Notes: generated from the letters alone by a model not told the origin. Counted from the stretch's first letter, positions 38,015 through 49,661 are shown. The stretch: 64,000 nucleotides of DNA from Betaproteobacteria bacterium (GCA_043777895.1 JAYWHD010000036.1:9860-73859), one strand, 5' to 3'. A program made the numbers and translations.

Positions 38015-39304
38015 TTATGCTAAACTCAAAATCCACAATGAAGTCATTTCTTGTGAACGTGCAAAATATAAACCGTCTTGGATATTTAATGATTTTGAAT
38101 GTACAGGATAAGTATTTATTTTATCGCACACAATCAAGCCTGCATCAGCAATCCATGAAGCTAATTCATCGTGTCCACGTAAGCCTAAATGTTCGGCTAA
38201 ATTAGACATAATCAGCCATGCTTGTCCTTGAGGCTTTAAATGTCGCACTAATCCGTTCAGAAAATTCCGTACCATACGCGAATCTGAATCGTAAATAGCT
38301 TGTTCTAAAATGCTATTAGGCCGTGCAGGCAACCAAGGGGGGTTGCATACGATTAAATCTGCTTGACCATAAACATCTAAACAAGGAAACATATCAGTAT
38401 TCACAATACTAATACTATCATCGTAGCCAAGCCGTATACAATTTTCATAAGCACATTGAATAGCATTAACGTTAGTATCAGTTGCTATTACGCACGGCAC
38501 ACCCCGTTGTGCTAATAATATCGCCAATATGCCTGTTCCTGTGCCAATATCAAACGCTAGCTTAACCGTAGACGTTAAGGACGCTTTCATTATTAACTCT
38601 AAATATTCTTGACGAGTCGGTGCAAAAACGCCGTAATACGGGCAGACATTAGTGACGGGAGGTTTTGCTTGGTTATTTTTTAACTGATTATTTTTTAGTA
38701 AATGGCGATTAGGGCCTTGAGACAATTGCGGTATAAATACGCCTTTTTTACGCCATTCATACGCACTGACGATACCCAATAGTTCACGCAAAGAAACCAG
38801 TATTTTACTGTGATTCAAATTAGATTCACCGTATACTTGAGTACAGGCTTCACGCCAGTCGGGTGCACGGCGTAAATGAATCGCATAATCAATTTCAAGC
38901 ACAATTAGTAACTTATTGAGTGTGCGGGCGCGTTGTGATTGTGCTAAACGGTAGTGATTAAACTTATCTTTAGGGCTTATGTCAGCGAATGTTGTTTGAT
39001 GCTGTAAAAACTTACGGTGCTTGCGGGTCAGTGTCTTGGATTGGCTCTGTACCCGTTCAGTGCGGCGGGTCATAGCGTGTAATAATTGACGTGCATTTTG
39101 AAAATCACCTGTCCATATTAAGGCAACGCCTTCGCTGCCCAGAGAAAAAGCGGTATCAGCTGTTACAGTGTCATCAATACATTGAATTTTTTTAGGCACG
39201 GGTGATTCAACGTAACTACGCCAGTTCGCTGTGTGTAACACATCATTTTGTAACCACGAAATGGATGTTAAATTATTTATAGACGTAATAGGAATAACAG
39301 ACAT
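38015..39304 (-). CDS. Class I SAM-dependent methyltransferase (NPPW motif IV) with about 240-aa N-terminal domain of unknown function
   Basis: AFDIGTGTGILAILLA (motif I) and LIVCNPPWLP (motif IV). It lies 20 nt downstream of topB on the same strand. The substrate cannot be determined from sequence. Confidence 0.75.
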   Translation of the reverse strand: MSVIPITSINNLTSISWLQNDVLHTANWRSYVESPVPKKIQCIDDTVTADTAFSLGSEGVALIWTGDFQNARQLLHAMTRRTERVQSQSKTLTRKHRKFLQHQTTFADISPKDKFNHYRLAQSQRARTLNKLLIVLEIDYAIHLRRAPDWREACTQVYGESNLNHSKILVSLRELLGIVSAYEWRKKGVFIPQLSQGPNRHLLKNNQLKNNQAKPPVTNVCPYYGVFAPTRQEYLELIMKASLTSTVKLAFDIGTGTGILAILLAQRGVPCVIATDTNVNAIQCAYENCIRLGYDDSISIVNTDMFPCLDVYGQADLIVCNPPWLPARPNSILEQAIYDSDSRMVRNFLNGLVRHLKPQGQAWLIMSNLAEHLGLRGHDELASWIADAGLIVCDKINTYPVHSKSLNIQDGLYFARSQEMTSLWILSLA

Positions 39305-39324
39305 ATTTAAGCATATTGACTATA

Positions 39325-42126
39325 TTAATTAACAGGTGCTTTAACAGGCACTTTTTTAGCAGTTGCTTTTGTAGCGGTTACTTTTTTAACCGCTGCTTTT
39401 TTTATTATATCTACTGCTTTTAATGTGCTATTTGCGGTAGGTTTTACAGCAGAATTTTTGGTGATAGTCGTTTTTTTAGCATCATCGTTTTTAATAATAT
39501 TGACTTTAACCTGCTCTGATTTAACCATTTTTTCTTGAAACTCAAAACTTGTTTTACCTGATTTATCCAGTGTTAAAAATGCTTTAAATTTACGCCGGGT
39601 ACGCACACTCACAAAACCTTCTAACAAATCAGTTTTGCCTGTAGTTAGTAATTTATTCAGTTGTATTAAATTAATATCTTGCTGCAAAATGACTTTACCT
39701 GTTTTGAAATCACACGCTTTAGTATACGTATTATTACAAACATAGCTCATCGCCGTTTCAAAAATTTGCCCTGTTGCACATTTAGGACATTTTCCTAACA
39801 CGGCTTGCCCCGTAAAATCAGGTAAAACGGTATCTTCGCTGTCTTGACCAAAGTCAAATTCTAATTTTTTGGTGTTATTGTCTGCATCAACGACTAACTT
39901 CATCACTGCACTAAAAGGTCTACCCATTTTGCTACGGAAACCGTTTAAAGGCCCAATAACGCCTTTCTCTAAAAAGGCTTCCATTTCAGCGTATTCAAAA
40001 GTACGGCCACCTGGATGTTTGGGTAAGCTTAAGGCACAGCTTTGACACGCATAGCGGCGATAGTTTTCTTGTACTACCCCCCCACAATTTGGACAGGGTG
40101 TTTTCATCGTCGCATAATCCCCCGGGACTGTATCATGCTGATATTCTTTAGCACGCTTTACAATGGTTTGAGTCATATTAGCAATTTCTTGCATAAATGC
40201 TTCACGGGTTATTTGATTACGTTCCATCAATGATAGTTGATGCTCCCAGTTACCCGTCATTTCAGGTTGCGTTAATTCTGTTACACCCAAACCACGTAGT
40301 AATGTCATTAACTGAAATGATTTTGCTGTTGGTAATAACTCACGCCCCTCACGTACTAAGTATTTTTCGGCTAACAAGCCTTCAATAGTGGCTGCACGAG
40401 TCGCTGGTGTCCCTAAACCGCGTCCAACCATAGCCGCTTTCATATCTTCGTCATCAATAAGTTTGCCTGCCCCTTCCATAGCACTGAGCATTGTTGCTTC
40501 ACTATAACGTGCGGGCGGCTTAGTCGTTAATTCAACTAATTTAACCGATTCTGTGTGTGCCGCTTCACCTAATACCAAGCGAACCAAGGTATCATCAGAT
40601 GCTTGTTCTTCTTTACCATATACCGCTAACCAGCCTGGATTAACTAATACTTTACCTTCAGTTTTAAATAGATGCCCTGCAACGCTAGTGATACGAGTAG
40701 TAATACGCGATTCTGCGGGTGGATAAAACACCGCTATAAACCGTTTAACCACCATATCATATATTTTTGCTTCGGCTTCAGACAATGTTTTCGGAATAGT
40801 CCCTGTAGGAATAATCGCAAAATGGTCACTAATTTTGGCATTATTAAAAATCTTTTTATCTAGTTTTACCCAGCCTTGATTTAAGGCCGTAGACGTATGT
40901 GGATAGTAGCGGTCTAAACTACCCAGTTCATTCAAAATAGTTTTTGAAGCATCAATATAATCTTCAGGTAAATATCGGCTATCGGTTCGTGGATAGGTTA
41001 ATACTTTATGTTTTTCATACAAAGCTTGGGCGATTGACAATGTATTTTGTGCGCTGAATCCAAAACGGCTGTTTCCTTCACGTTGTAAAGTAGTTAAATC
41101 GTACAAAGCGGGGGCTGCTTGACTAGTCGGTTTGCTGTCTTCAGTAACACTGGCAACTTGACCGATACATTGATTGACAATTGTCTGGGCATACTTTTTA
41201 TCCCATAAGCGAGTACTTTTTTTCTCGTTGTCGCCTTCATCTAAGGCAATATTGGCATCATTTACTTTTTTAAACGCTGAATCAAAATAGCGTGCCACAT
41301 ATTGTCCTGCCGCAACAGAAAATGTGCCATGAATTTCACAATAATCGCGCGGTATAAATTTACGTATTTTTTCTTCACGCTCTACTACAATCGCTAAAGT
41401 AGGGGTTTGAACCCGCCCTACTGTTGTTAAAAAAAACCCGCCATCTTTACTATTAAAAGCAGTCATGGCACGCGTACCGTTAATACCGACTAACCAATCA
41501 GCTTCGGCACGGCTACGGGCGGCATGCGACAAAGATTGCATTGTTTGGTCATCACGCAGTTTAGTAAACCCTTCTTGAATGGCTTTAGGGGTCATACTTT
41601 GTAGCCACAAGCGTTTAATCGGCTTAGTACTATTTGAATATTGTAGAATATAGCGAAAAATCAACTCACCTTCACGTCCCGCATCACATGCATTAATAAT
41701 ATCGCTAATGTCTTTGCGTTTAATTAAGCGTAACACTGACTTTAAGCGTGCCTCTGTTTTAGGAATAGGTTCTAAATCAAAATAAGGCGGCAACACAGGC
41801 AAATGGTTAAAAGTCCACTTTCCACGTTTTACATCGTATGCTTCAGGTGCTTTAATCGTCAGCATATGACCGACTGCACTGGTAATGACATAGCGGTCAT
41901 TTTCTTGATAGTCATCGTATTTAGTACACCCACCAAGCACTTTTGCTAAGTCATTCATCACAGAAGGTTTTTCAGCAATAATCAAAGTTTTTTGTGTACC
42001 ATCAAGCATTGTATTGATAGTCTTAACCTTTGTTTTTTTAGCTTCAGGGCGTGATTCTGCCATGTCTGTTGTATTTTTTGTATCTGTTGTGTTTGTTTTA
42101 TTTGTTTTATTTATTGCATTAGTCAT
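39325..42126 (-). CDS. topB: DNA topoisomerase III with Zn-ribbon region and Lys/Ala/Thr-rich tail
   Basis: IIAEKPS, ADWLVGINGTRAMT, VGRVQTPTLAIVV, LTYPRTDSRYLPEDY and SDHFAIIPTG are collinear with E. coli TopB. CPNCGG and CPKC ribbons are present. Confidence 0.9.
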   Translation of the reverse strand: MTNAINKTNKTNTTDTKNTTDMAESRPEAKKTKVKTINTMLDGTQKTLIIAEKPSVMNDLAKVLGGCTKYDDYQENDRYVITSAVGHMLTIKAPEAYDVKRGKWTFNHLPVLPPYFDLEPIPKTEARLKSVLRLIKRKDISDIINACDAGREGELIFRYILQYSNSTKPIKRLWLQSMTPKAIQEGFTKLRDDQTMQSLSHAARSRAEADWLVGINGTRAMTAFNSKDGGFFLTTVGRVQTPTLAIVVEREEKIRKFIPRDYCEIHGTFSVAAGQYVARYFDSAFKKVNDANIALDEGDNEKKSTRLWDKKYAQTIVNQCIGQVASVTEDSKPTSQAAPALYDLTTLQREGNSRFGFSAQNTLSIAQALYEKHKVLTYPRTDSRYLPEDYIDASKTILNELGSLDRYYPHTSTALNQGWVKLDKKIFNNAKISDHFAIIPTGTIPKTLSEAEAKIYDMVVKRFIAVFYPPAESRITTRITSVAGHLFKTEGKVLVNPGWLAVYGKEEQASDDTLVRLVLGEAAHTESVKLVELTTKPPARYSEATMLSAMEGAGKLIDDEDMKAAMVGRGLGTPATRAATIEGLLAEKYLVREGRELLPTAKSFQLMTLLRGLGVTELTQPEMTGNWEHQLSLMERNQITREAFMQEIANMTQTIVKRAKEYQHDTVPGDYATMKTPCPNCGGVVQENYRRYACQSCALSLPKHPGGRTFEYAEMEAFLEKGVIGPLNGFRSKMGRPFSAVMKLVVDADNNTKKLEFDFGQDSEDTVLPDFTGQAVLGKCPKCATGQIFETAMSYVCNNTYTKACDFKTGKVILQQDINLIQLNKLLTTGKTDLLEGFVSVRTRRKFKAFLTLDKSGKTSFEFQEKMVKSEQVKVNIIKNDDAKKTTITKNSAVKPTANSTLKAVDIIKKAAVKKVTATKATAKKVPVKAPVN

Positions 42127-42127
42127 A

Positions 42128-42255
42128 ATAATTTAATAATTTAGTAATTTAATAACTTGGTAACTTGGTAACTTGATAGCTTAATTTTTTTAATTTAATG
42201 GCTTACAGTTTATATAGTTATATAGTTATATAGTTATATAGTTTATACAGTTTAA
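42128..42255. repeat. Tandem repeats (TAACTTGG x3; TATATAGT x4)
   Basis: Read directly in the spacer upstream of topB. Confidence 0.85.
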
Positions 42256-42262
42256 TAATTTT

Positions 42263-42706
42263 TTAATTATCAATATCAGCATTAGTACGAGTTTTAGTAT
42301 ACTTTTTAATAAAATTCAATACTTGTATTCGTTGTTCATCAGTGGGAATGTCACGTTTTCCATAACGCGTTTCATTAGGATTAACCCATAATTGTTCATA
42401 TAAATGTTGTTGTAGTGCATCATTGTTTTTTTGAATACTAAAAATTAAATCACTAATTAACCAACTTTTTTCAATTAAAGCATCAAGCAATTCAGGCTTA
42501 ATCTGCCGTAAACGCGTTGCCATTGCTGCGGTAGTTCGTAGGTTTAATACGCCGTGGTCTAATATAATCGTACAAGGCTCTAGCTGTAAAAATCCCATTT
42601 GCTTACAGAGTTGATATACATCAGCTTGTAGCATTTGAAACTCTTTAGCTGTTTGTAGCCACGTTTTTTGGGTAAAATTCAAAATCGTTTTAGGAGTACG
42701 CATCAT
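42263..42706 (-). CDS. DUF721/DciA-like protein
   Basis: The size, the motif pattern (LEPCTIILDHGVLNLRTTAAMATRLRQIKPELLDAL) and the divergent pairing with an M23 peptidase match my memory of DUF721 loci. Not verified by search. Confidence 0.5.
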   Translation of the reverse strand: MMRTPKTILNFTQKTWLQTAKEFQMLQADVYQLCKQMGFLQLEPCTIILDHGVLNLRTTAAMATRLRQIKPELLDALIEKSWLISDLIFSIQKNNDALQQHLYEQLWVNPNETRYGKRDIPTDEQRIQVLNFIKKYTKTRTNADIDN

Positions 42707-42778
42707 ACTTATATTGTAAACCCATCAGCTGTGGGCGGTGTAGATACATTATTTTTGCCAAGTTATCTAGGAGTCTAT

Positions 42779-43708
42779 ATGCAAATTATGTTAATTAGTT
42801 CACGTTGGTCAGAACCAAAAAGTTATGATTTGTCTAAACGGCTAGTGTTAATTATAAGCCTATCCACATTTATTTTGTCAGCATTAATTGCTTTAGCTTT
42901 ATATGGCCTGACCCTTAAATACTCTGCTAATATCCCAGTACCTTTTTTAAGGGAAGCCTTTATGAATGTTGCCGTTACTGAACAAAAAAGGCAAGACCAA
43001 TTTGTACGCGAAAACATCAACTTAATGGCGATTCAATTGGGTGAAGTTAAAGCACAACTGCTCAAATTAGAAGCTTTAGGCAACAGAGTCAGTGGATTAG
43101 CAGGCTTAAAAAAAGAATTTGATTTTAAAGCGTTGTCAGGGCAAGGTGGTTTAGAAATTAATCCTCAAACCATTAGTCTACCGCAATTATTAACGGCTTT
43201 AGAAATGACTAATAAACAGTTAAATCAACACAATGATATTTTTAATATTTTAGAAAATGACTTATTAGACAATACTTTAAAAGCCAGGCAAATTTTAACC
43301 ACTTTACCTGTCAAAGATGTGGGTGTTGGCAGTGGTTATGGCATACGTACCGACCCGTTTACAGGTAATACCGCTTTTCATCAAGGGCTTGATTTTGCAG
43401 CCCCTACAGGGACACCGATTTTAGCCGCAGCAGGCGGTGTTGTGATTACCGTTGAGCCACATAACGGTTATGGCAATATGCTTGAAGTAGACCACGGTAA
43501 TAATTTAGTGACTCGTTACGCACATACCTCTCGCTTTTTAGTAAAAATAGGTGATATTGTCAAACGTGGGCAAACGATTGCTGAAGTGGGTTCTACAGGG
43601 CGTTCAACAGGGCCTCATTTACATTTTGAAGTATTAGTTAATGGCGAGGCACAAAATCCTATGCGGTTTTTAGCAGCAGGCAATGATTTAAGCAGTATCA
43701 AGCGTTAA
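42779..43708 (+). CDS. M23-family metallopeptidase (EnvC/NlpD-like, coiled-coil N-terminus)
   Basis: HQGLDFAAPTGTPI and GRSTGPHLHFEV. I prefer ATG 42779, which has GGAG upstream, over the track start at 42668. Confidence 0.9.
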   Translation: MQIMLISSRWSEPKSYDLSKRLVLIISLSTFILSALIALALYGLTLKYSANIPVPFLREAFMNVAVTEQKRQDQFVRENINLMAIQLGEVKAQLLKLEALGNRVSGLAGLKKEFDFKALSGQGGLEINPQTISLPQLLTALEMTNKQLNQHNDIFNILENDLLDNTLKARQILTTLPVKDVGVGSGYGIRTDPFTGNTAFHQGLDFAAPTGTPILAAAGGVVITVEPHNGYGNMLEVDHGNNLVTRYAHTSRFLVKIGDIVKRGQTIAEVGSTGRSTGPHLHFEVLVNGEAQNPMRFLAAGNDLSSIKR

Positions 43709-43946
43709 GTTAATCGCTGTGTTAATTCTGTGTTAATTATTACTGTATTAATTTAACAACGGCAATACTTAAACTTAATTTAATAATAAGTTACAACCAG
43801 CATCATAATAAGTCGTATGACTAATATCATAGCGCTGATTAAATGGTTATATTAATGTTAATGCTTATGAACACTGTAATCTCTTTAAGCTCAATATATA
43901 ACCGTTGTATCTCAATATATTACGGCACTCACGCTAAAATCAAATC

Positions 43947-46900
43947 ATGAATACACTGCTTACTCCTGCTGCTGCTAATGTATTAGCAACCACTGCTCAA
44001 GACGATACTCAAGACCACTCAAATACTCGCTTACGCGAAATTCCTTATAACTATACGAGCTTTTCTGACAAAGAAATAGTTCAGCGTTTATTAGGTGATG
44101 ATATCTGGAATGTATTAAACGAACTACGTAGTGAACGACGCACAGGGCGTAGTGCAAAAATGCTTTATGAAGTATTGGGCGATATATGGGTCGTTGAACG
44201 CAACCCCTATTTACAAGACGATTTACTAGACAATCCAAAACGCCGTGCTGCATTAATTGAAGCCTTGCTACACCGCCTAAGTGATATTGACCGCCGCCGC
44301 ACTGAAGATGGACAACACGCTTTTATAGCTAACTCTCTTGGACAAGCACGTAATCAAAAAGTAGAGATACTATTACAATCAGCCCGAGAATCTGTTTTAC
44401 GCTTTAACCAACGATTTGACGAAGTGGCTGAATTACGTAAACGTAGCACTAAGGTTTTTGGTAAATTTACGGCTAAAGACAATGTTAAATTTGATGGTTT
44501 AAGCCGCGTTAGCCACGTAACAGATGCGACAGATTGGCGTGTAGAATACCCATTTGTAGTGCTATGTCCTGATACTGAAGATGAAGTCCCCGCCATGGTG
44601 AAAGCCTGTATTGCTTTAGGATTAACCATTGTTCCGCGCGGTGGTGGTACAGGTTATACGGGGGGTGCTGTCCCATTGTATTGGAATACGGCCGTAATTA
44701 ATACTGAAAAACTAGAACAACTTGATGCTGTGCGTATGCAAGTGTTACCAGGGACTGACCGTGAATATGCCACAGTGTTTAGTGGTGCAGGTGTAGTCAC
44801 CAAACGTGTATCAGACATTGCGGACGCTAATGGCCGTGTATTTGCCGTAGACCCCACCAGTAGCGAAGCCAGTTGTATTGGCGGCAATGTTGCTATGAAT
44901 GCAGGCGGTAAAAAAGCCGTATTATGGGGTACTGCATTAGACAACCTAGCCAGCTGGCGTATGGTTGATCCACAAGGTGACTGGTTAGAAATCACCCGTA
45001 TGGATCATAATTTTGGCAAAATTCACGATGCTGCTGTAGCCACTTTTCGCCTAGAGTGGAAAGATGGCACTGCATCGCCAACCAAAGCTAAATTACTGCG
45101 TACTGAAACGTTAATCATTCCCGGTAGTCATTTTCGTAAAGTCGGTTTAGGTAAAGATGTCACCGATAAATTTTTAGCGGGCTTACCTGGTGTACAAAAA
45201 GAAGGAACTGATGGCTTAATTACCAGTGCAACTTGGATTTTGCACCGTATGCCTAAACATGTTAGAACGGTTTGTTTAGAATTTTTTGGTCAAGCTAAAC
45301 AAGCTGTTCCTAGTATTGTTGAAATTAAAGATTATTTAGATTCGTTAAGCCGCTTACCTCGCCCAGAAGGCACGCCCATTGATTATGCACCCGTATTATT
45401 AGCGGGACTAGAACATTTAGATGAACGGTATTTACGTGCCGTAGGTTACGCGACTAAATCTAAAAAAGGCCATAACAACGGTAGTGGTGGTAGTGCAGCT
45501 AGCGTACCAAAAATGGTGTTGATTGGTGATATTGTGGGCGACGATGAATCTGAAGTGGCTCGTGCTACCAGTGAAGTCGTCCGTATTGCTAATTTACGTA
45601 ATGGAGAGGGATTTACCGCCGTCAGTGCTGATGCCCGTAAAACTTTTTGGCTAGACCGGAACCGTACTGCGGCTATTTCTAAACATACGAATGCGTTTAA
45701 ATTAAATGAAGATGTCGTTATTCCCTTGCATAGAATGGGTGAATATACCGAGGCTATTGAACGAATTAATATTGAGTTATCTATTAAAAATAAATTGCTA
45801 ATGATTGATGCCTTAATAGCATTTTTTGAAGCAAACGTATTAAGTCAATACATTGCAGCTTCGGGTGACCCTGAAGTAGATAGCTTGCCTAAAAACGAAA
45901 TTTTAGGTGAACGCGGACAAGAGTCTTTAACACTATTAGTACAAACACGCGCACGTTGGTATTATTTACTGACACACATGGCAGATACTGTGCTTGATAC
46001 TTTACCTATATTACACACATTAGGACTAGATACCGAAACGGTGCAACAAGCACAGCTGCGGCTTAATCAAAAGCCTGATACAACGGTTTTTCAATTATTA
46101 CAAGACCGCACTTTTCGTATTAGCTATAAACAGACCTTACGTACACCGTTTAACCGTATTTTTACGGGGGCTGCTTTCGCCCCTATTTTGGCAGAAATTA
46201 AAACCATACATGGCCGTATATTAAAAAGCCGCGTATTTGTAGCATTACACATGCATGCAGGTGATGGCAATGTACACACTAATTTACCTGTTAATAGTGC
46301 TGATTACGGTATGCTGACTCAAGCCAATGAAACCGTGGTACGCATCATGCAGATTGCACGTGATTTAGACGGCGTCATTAGCGGTGAACACGGCATCGGC
46401 ATTACCAAGTTAGAGTTTTTGACTGAAGCAGAATTAGCCCCTTTTGCTGCGTATAAAGCTAAAATAGACCCTGAAGGTCGCTTTAACAAAGGTAAATTAT
46501 TAGCCCACGCTGATTTGCGTGGGGCTTATACGCCTAGCTTTAGTTTGATGGGCCATGAATCATTAATTATGCAACAAAGCGGTAATGCGTCAAGCAATAT
46601 TGCTGCAATTGCTAACAGTGTAAAAGATTGTTTACGCTGCGGTAAATGTAAGCCTGTATGTGCTACACACGTGCCGCGTGCTAACTTATTATACAGCCCA
46701 CGCAATAAAATTTTGGCTACTAGTTTATTAATCGAAGCCTTTTTATATGAAAGTCAAACCCGCCGTGGTATCAGCATTAAACATTGGGAAGAGTTTGAAG
46801 ACGTTGCAGAGCATTGCACTGTTTGCCATAAATGCTTGAGTCCTTGCCCTGTGAAAATTGATTTTGGCGATGTATCCATGAATATGCGTAATTTGTTGCG

Positions 46901-48044
46901 TGAAATGGGGCAGAAATCATTTAATCCTGTGAATAAAGCCGCTATGTTTTTTTTAAATGCAACAGATCCGACTACGATTAATGTAATGCGTACTGCAATG
47001 GTAGATGTGGGTTTTAAAGCCCAGCGTTTAGGTAATCAAATGTTGCGTAGTTTTGCTCATTTTCAAGTTAAAAAACCACCTGCAACGGTTGGTAAAGCAC
47101 CGATAAAAGAACAGGTTATTCACTTTATTAATAAAAAACTACCCAGCGGTTTACCTAAGCAGGCTGTACGAAAATTATTAGATATTGAAGACAGTAAGTA
47201 TGTTCCTATTATTCGGAATCCAAATTTATCCAGTGAAAGTGAAGCCGTATTTTACTTTCCGGGTTGTGGAAGTGAACGCTTGTTTAGCCAAGTGGGTTTA
47301 GCGACTCAAGCGATGTTATGGCATGCAGGTGTACAAACCGTATTGCCGCCCGGATACTTGTGCTGTGGTTATCCACAAAGAGGCAGTGGGCAGTTTGATA
47401 AAGCTGATAAAATCGTAACCGATAACCGCGTATTGTTTCACCGTGTAGCCAACACTTTAAATTATTTGGAGATTAAAACCGTTGTAGTCAGTTGCGGTAC
47501 GTGCTATGACCAATTACAAGCCTATCAATTTGACAGTATTTTTCCTGGTTGTCGGATTATTGATATTCATGAATACTTACTTGAAAAAGGTATTACATTA
47601 CAGACTAATAACGGTTACTTGTTTCACGACCCTTGCCATAGTCCTATGAAGCTACAAGACCCAATGAAAACTGTCAAAGCCTTGGTGGGTGATGCAGTCG
47701 TCAAAGCCGAGCGTTGTTGCGGTGAAAGTGGTACTTTTGGTGTTTCTCGTCCTGATATTGCAACTCAAGTTCGCTTTAGAAAAGAAGAAGAATTACAAAA
47801 AAATGAAGCGCAATTGGCTAAATTAACGGGTAAAACAGTTAGTGAAAAAGTCAGCACTAAAATTTTAACCAGTTGTCCCAGTTGTTTACAAGGTTTAAAC
47901 CGCTACGGCAATGACTTAAATAATGGTTTACTAGAGGCTGATTATATTGTGGTAGAAATGGCTAATCAACTATTAGGTACAGAATGGATGAAACACTATG
48001 TTGATAATGCTAATAACGGTGGCATTGAACGCGTGTTAGTTTAA
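43947..48044 (+). CDS. Fused FAD-linked oxidase (GlcD-like) / Fe-S CCG-domain oxidoreductase (GlcF-like) with DUF3683-like N-terminus
   Basis: [11 protein letters not shown]-terminal motif, [18 protein letters not shown]-binding motif, [11 protein letters not shown] and [12 protein letters not shown] clusters, and C-terminal Cys-rich CCG repeats. Confidence 0.85.
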   Translation: MNTLLTPAAANVLATTAQDDTQDHSNTRLREIPYNYTSFSDKEIVQRLLGDDIWNVLNELRSERRTGRSAKMLYEVLGDIWVVERNPYLQDDLLDNPKRRAALIEALLHRLSDIDRRRTEDGQHAFIANSLGQARNQKVEILLQSARESVLRFNQRFDEVAELRKRSTKVFGKFTAKDNVKFDGLSRVSHVTDATDWRVEYPFVVLCPDTEDEVPAMVKACIALGLTIVPRGGGTGYTGGAVPLYWNTAVINTEKLEQLDAVRMQVLPGTDREYATVFSGAGVVTKRVSDIADANGRVFAVDPTSSEASCIGGNVAMNAGGKKAVLWGTALDNLASWRMVDPQGDWLEITRMDHNFGKIHDAAVATFRLEWKDGTASPTKAKLLRTETLIIPGSHFRKVGLGKDVTDKFLAGLPGVQKEGTDGLITSATWILHRMPKHVRTVCLEFFGQAKQAVPSIVEIKDYLDSLSRLPRPEGTPIDYAPVLLAGLEHLDERYLRAVGYATKSKKGHNNGSGGSAASVPKMVLIGDIVGDDESEVARATSEVVRIANLRNGEGFTAVSADARKTFWLDRNRTAAISKHTNAFKLNEDVVIPLHRMGEYTEAIERINIELSIKNKLLMIDALIAFFEANVLSQYIAASGDPEVDSLPKNEILGERGQESLTLLVQTRARWYYLLTHMADTVLDTLPILHTLGLDTETVQQAQLRLNQKPDTTVFQLLQDRTFRISYKQTLRTPFNRIFTGAAFAPILAEIKTIHGRILKSRVFVALHMHAGDGNVHTNLPVNSADYGMLTQANETVVRIMQIARDLDGVISGEHGIGITKLEFLTEAELAPFAAYKAKIDPEGRFNKGKLLAHADLRGAYTPSFSLMGHESLIMQQSGNASSNIAAIANSVKDCLRCGKCKPVCATHVPRANLLYSPRNKILATSLLIEAFLYESQTRRGISIKHWEEFEDVAEHCTVCHKCLSPCPVKIDFGDVSMNMRNLLREMGQKSFNPVNKAAMFFLNATDPTTINVMRTAMVDVGFKAQRLGNQMLRSFAHFQVKKPPATVGKAPIKEQVIHFINKKLPSGLPKQAVRKLLDIEDSKYVPIIRNPNLSSESEAVFYFPGCGSERLFSQVGLATQAMLWHAGVQTVLPPGYLCCGYPQRGSGQFDKADKIVTDNRVLFHRVANTLNYLEIKTVVVSCGTCYDQLQAYQFDSIFPGCRIIDIHEYLLEKGITLQTNNGYLFHDPCHSPMKLQDPMKTVKALVGDAVVKAERCCGESGTFGVSRPDIATQVRFRKEEELQKNEAQLAKLTGKTVSEKVSTKILTSCPSCLQGLNRYGNDLNNGLLEADYIVVEMANQLLGTEWMKHYVDNANNGGIERVLV

Positions 48045-48081
48045 ATTAATTTAAATTGATGACCTTAGGAGAGCTGCAACT

Positions 48082-48939
48082 ATGCAAGCTTTATGGATGA
48101 TTGCGGCAGCAGGGTTTTTTTCATTGGCTAATTTAGTTATTAAATTGTCTATCAATGATTCAAATCCAGCACAGATGCTGTTTTTTCGTGGTGCATTTGC
48201 TGTATTGTGTATGAGTAGCTGGTGTTATTTTAAGCAATATGATGTACGTACGCAGCACTTAAAATTGCATTTTGTACGGGGTATTAGTGGTGTCAGTGCC
48301 ATTGCTTTATACACGTACGTATTGACTTTACTGCCTATGGTTACCGCTGTAACTATGAATTACACTTCACCTGTCTGGTTGGCTTTATTTACAGTACTCA
48401 TCGCTTTAATTAAACGAACACAACAACCGCCTATTGCCTTAATTTTATGTATATTGAGTAGTATGTTGGGTGTTATCTTATTGTTAAAGCCTATTTTTGA
48501 AGAAGGTCAAACTACGATTGCGGTACTAGGGCTTTTATCGGGATTTTTTTCAGCAGTGGCTTATTGGCAAATTAAAAGCTTAAATAAAACTGGCGAAAGC
48601 ACAACAAGAATTGTTTTTTATCATTCAGCTATTATGATGCTAGTAGGTGGGCTATGGTGGTTACTGACACCCCGTACTTTAGAGTTTAATGCAATGCCAA
48701 ATTTGTTAATTATTGGTTTATTAACTATGGCAGGGCAACTTGCTTTAACGTTTGCAATTTCTAATGGATCTACTTTTTTTGCCAGTAGTTTAATGTATTT
48801 GTGTATTGTTTTTTCAGCTATTTTAGGGGCTTTATTTACCAAAGACGGCACTACAATTGATATTCTTGGCTATATAGGCATCACTATTATTGTAGGTAGC
48901 TCTATTATGGCAGCGGCTTTAACAACTAAAAAAAACTAA
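48082..48939 (+). CDS. DMT-superfamily (EamA-like) transporter
   Basis: About 10 hydrophobic spans in two similar halves. Confidence 0.75.
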   Translation: MQALWMIAAAGFFSLANLVIKLSINDSNPAQMLFFRGAFAVLCMSSWCYFKQYDVRTQHLKLHFVRGISGVSAIALYTYVLTLLPMVTAVTMNYTSPVWLALFTVLIALIKRTQQPPIALILCILSSMLGVILLLKPIFEEGQTTIAVLGLLSGFFSAVAYWQIKSLNKTGESTTRIVFYHSAIMMLVGGLWWLLTPRTLEFNAMPNLLIIGLLTMAGQLALTFAISNGSTFFASSLMYLCIVFSAILGALFTKDGTTIDILGYIGITIIVGSSIMAAALTTKKN

Positions 48940-48943
48940 CACA

Positions 48944-49417
48944 ATGATACAGAAAAATAAAGAAAATCAAGGAAATCAAGAAAATAATTTAATTTTAATG
49001 AATGATTTAACAGCACAAATAGTGCAAGTATCAGGGCAAACGTCAGCTAAACAACAGGGTCTTATATTGTTTGCACACGGTTCAAGAGACACGGCTTGGA
49101 AACTACCTTTTGAGTCAATACTCACTAAAATTCAAATAAAACAACCATACCTTGCTTGTGGTTTAGCGTATTTAGAGTTAATGCAGCCCGACTTCGCAAC
49201 ACAAACTACTGATTTAATTGCACAAGGTGTACGGCATATTCGGGTGTTACCCCTATTTTTAGCAGTCGGTAAACACTTACGTGTAGATTTACCTAATTTT
49301 GTACAAGAGGCACAGCTGACTTATGCTGGTATTGGTTTAACTTTTGAGGTGTTGCCAGCGATTGGTGAAACCGCAGTATTACAGCAAGCAATTGTTGATT
49401 TAGCGTTGTCAAAATAA
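48944..49417 (+). CDS. CbiX/SirB-type chelatase domain protein
   Basis: LILFAHGSRDTAW and VLPLFLAVGKHLRVDLP. Confidence 0.7.
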   Translation: MIQKNKENQGNQENNLILMNDLTAQIVQVSGQTSAKQQGLILFAHGSRDTAWKLPFESILTKIQIKQPYLACGLAYLELMQPDFATQTTDLIAQGVRHIRVLPLFLAVGKHLRVDLPNFVQEAQLTYAGIGLTFEVLPAIGETAVLQQAIVDLALSK

Positions 49418-49438
49418 GACGGTTTATTTACGATATAA

Positions 49439-49468
49439 TTGACAAAATGTATGTTTTTAAGGCATAAT
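49439..49468 (+). promoter_or_regulatory. Candidate sigma70 promoter of the str operon
   Basis: TTGACA (49439-49444), an 18-nt spacer, then CATAAT (49463-49468), about 195 nt upstream of rpsL. Confidence 0.45.
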
Positions 49469-49661
49469 CCAATATCTTTGCATCATTTTTTGTTTTTCGC
49501 CTTTTATTTTTATTATGTTACGTTTTCATAATAAAATTGTGTCCTATGACATAGCTAAAACGCTTTTATATAAGTATTTAATTAGCACGATACCCACTGT
49601 GTCGTATATTTATATTGCTTTATTATTATTTTTTCAAATTTAGATTTACACAGTAGAAACT

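Noticed and set aside
40042-40863. Three 63-codon plus-strand ORFs lie inside topB. Similar antisense ORFs lie inside the FAD/Fe-S oxidoreductase (43975-44995), ftsZ, ftsA, murF, gltX and tuf.
   Set aside because: Each lies wholly within a strongly supported gene on the opposite strand or in another frame. None has recognisable motifs. They are typical spurious ORFs.
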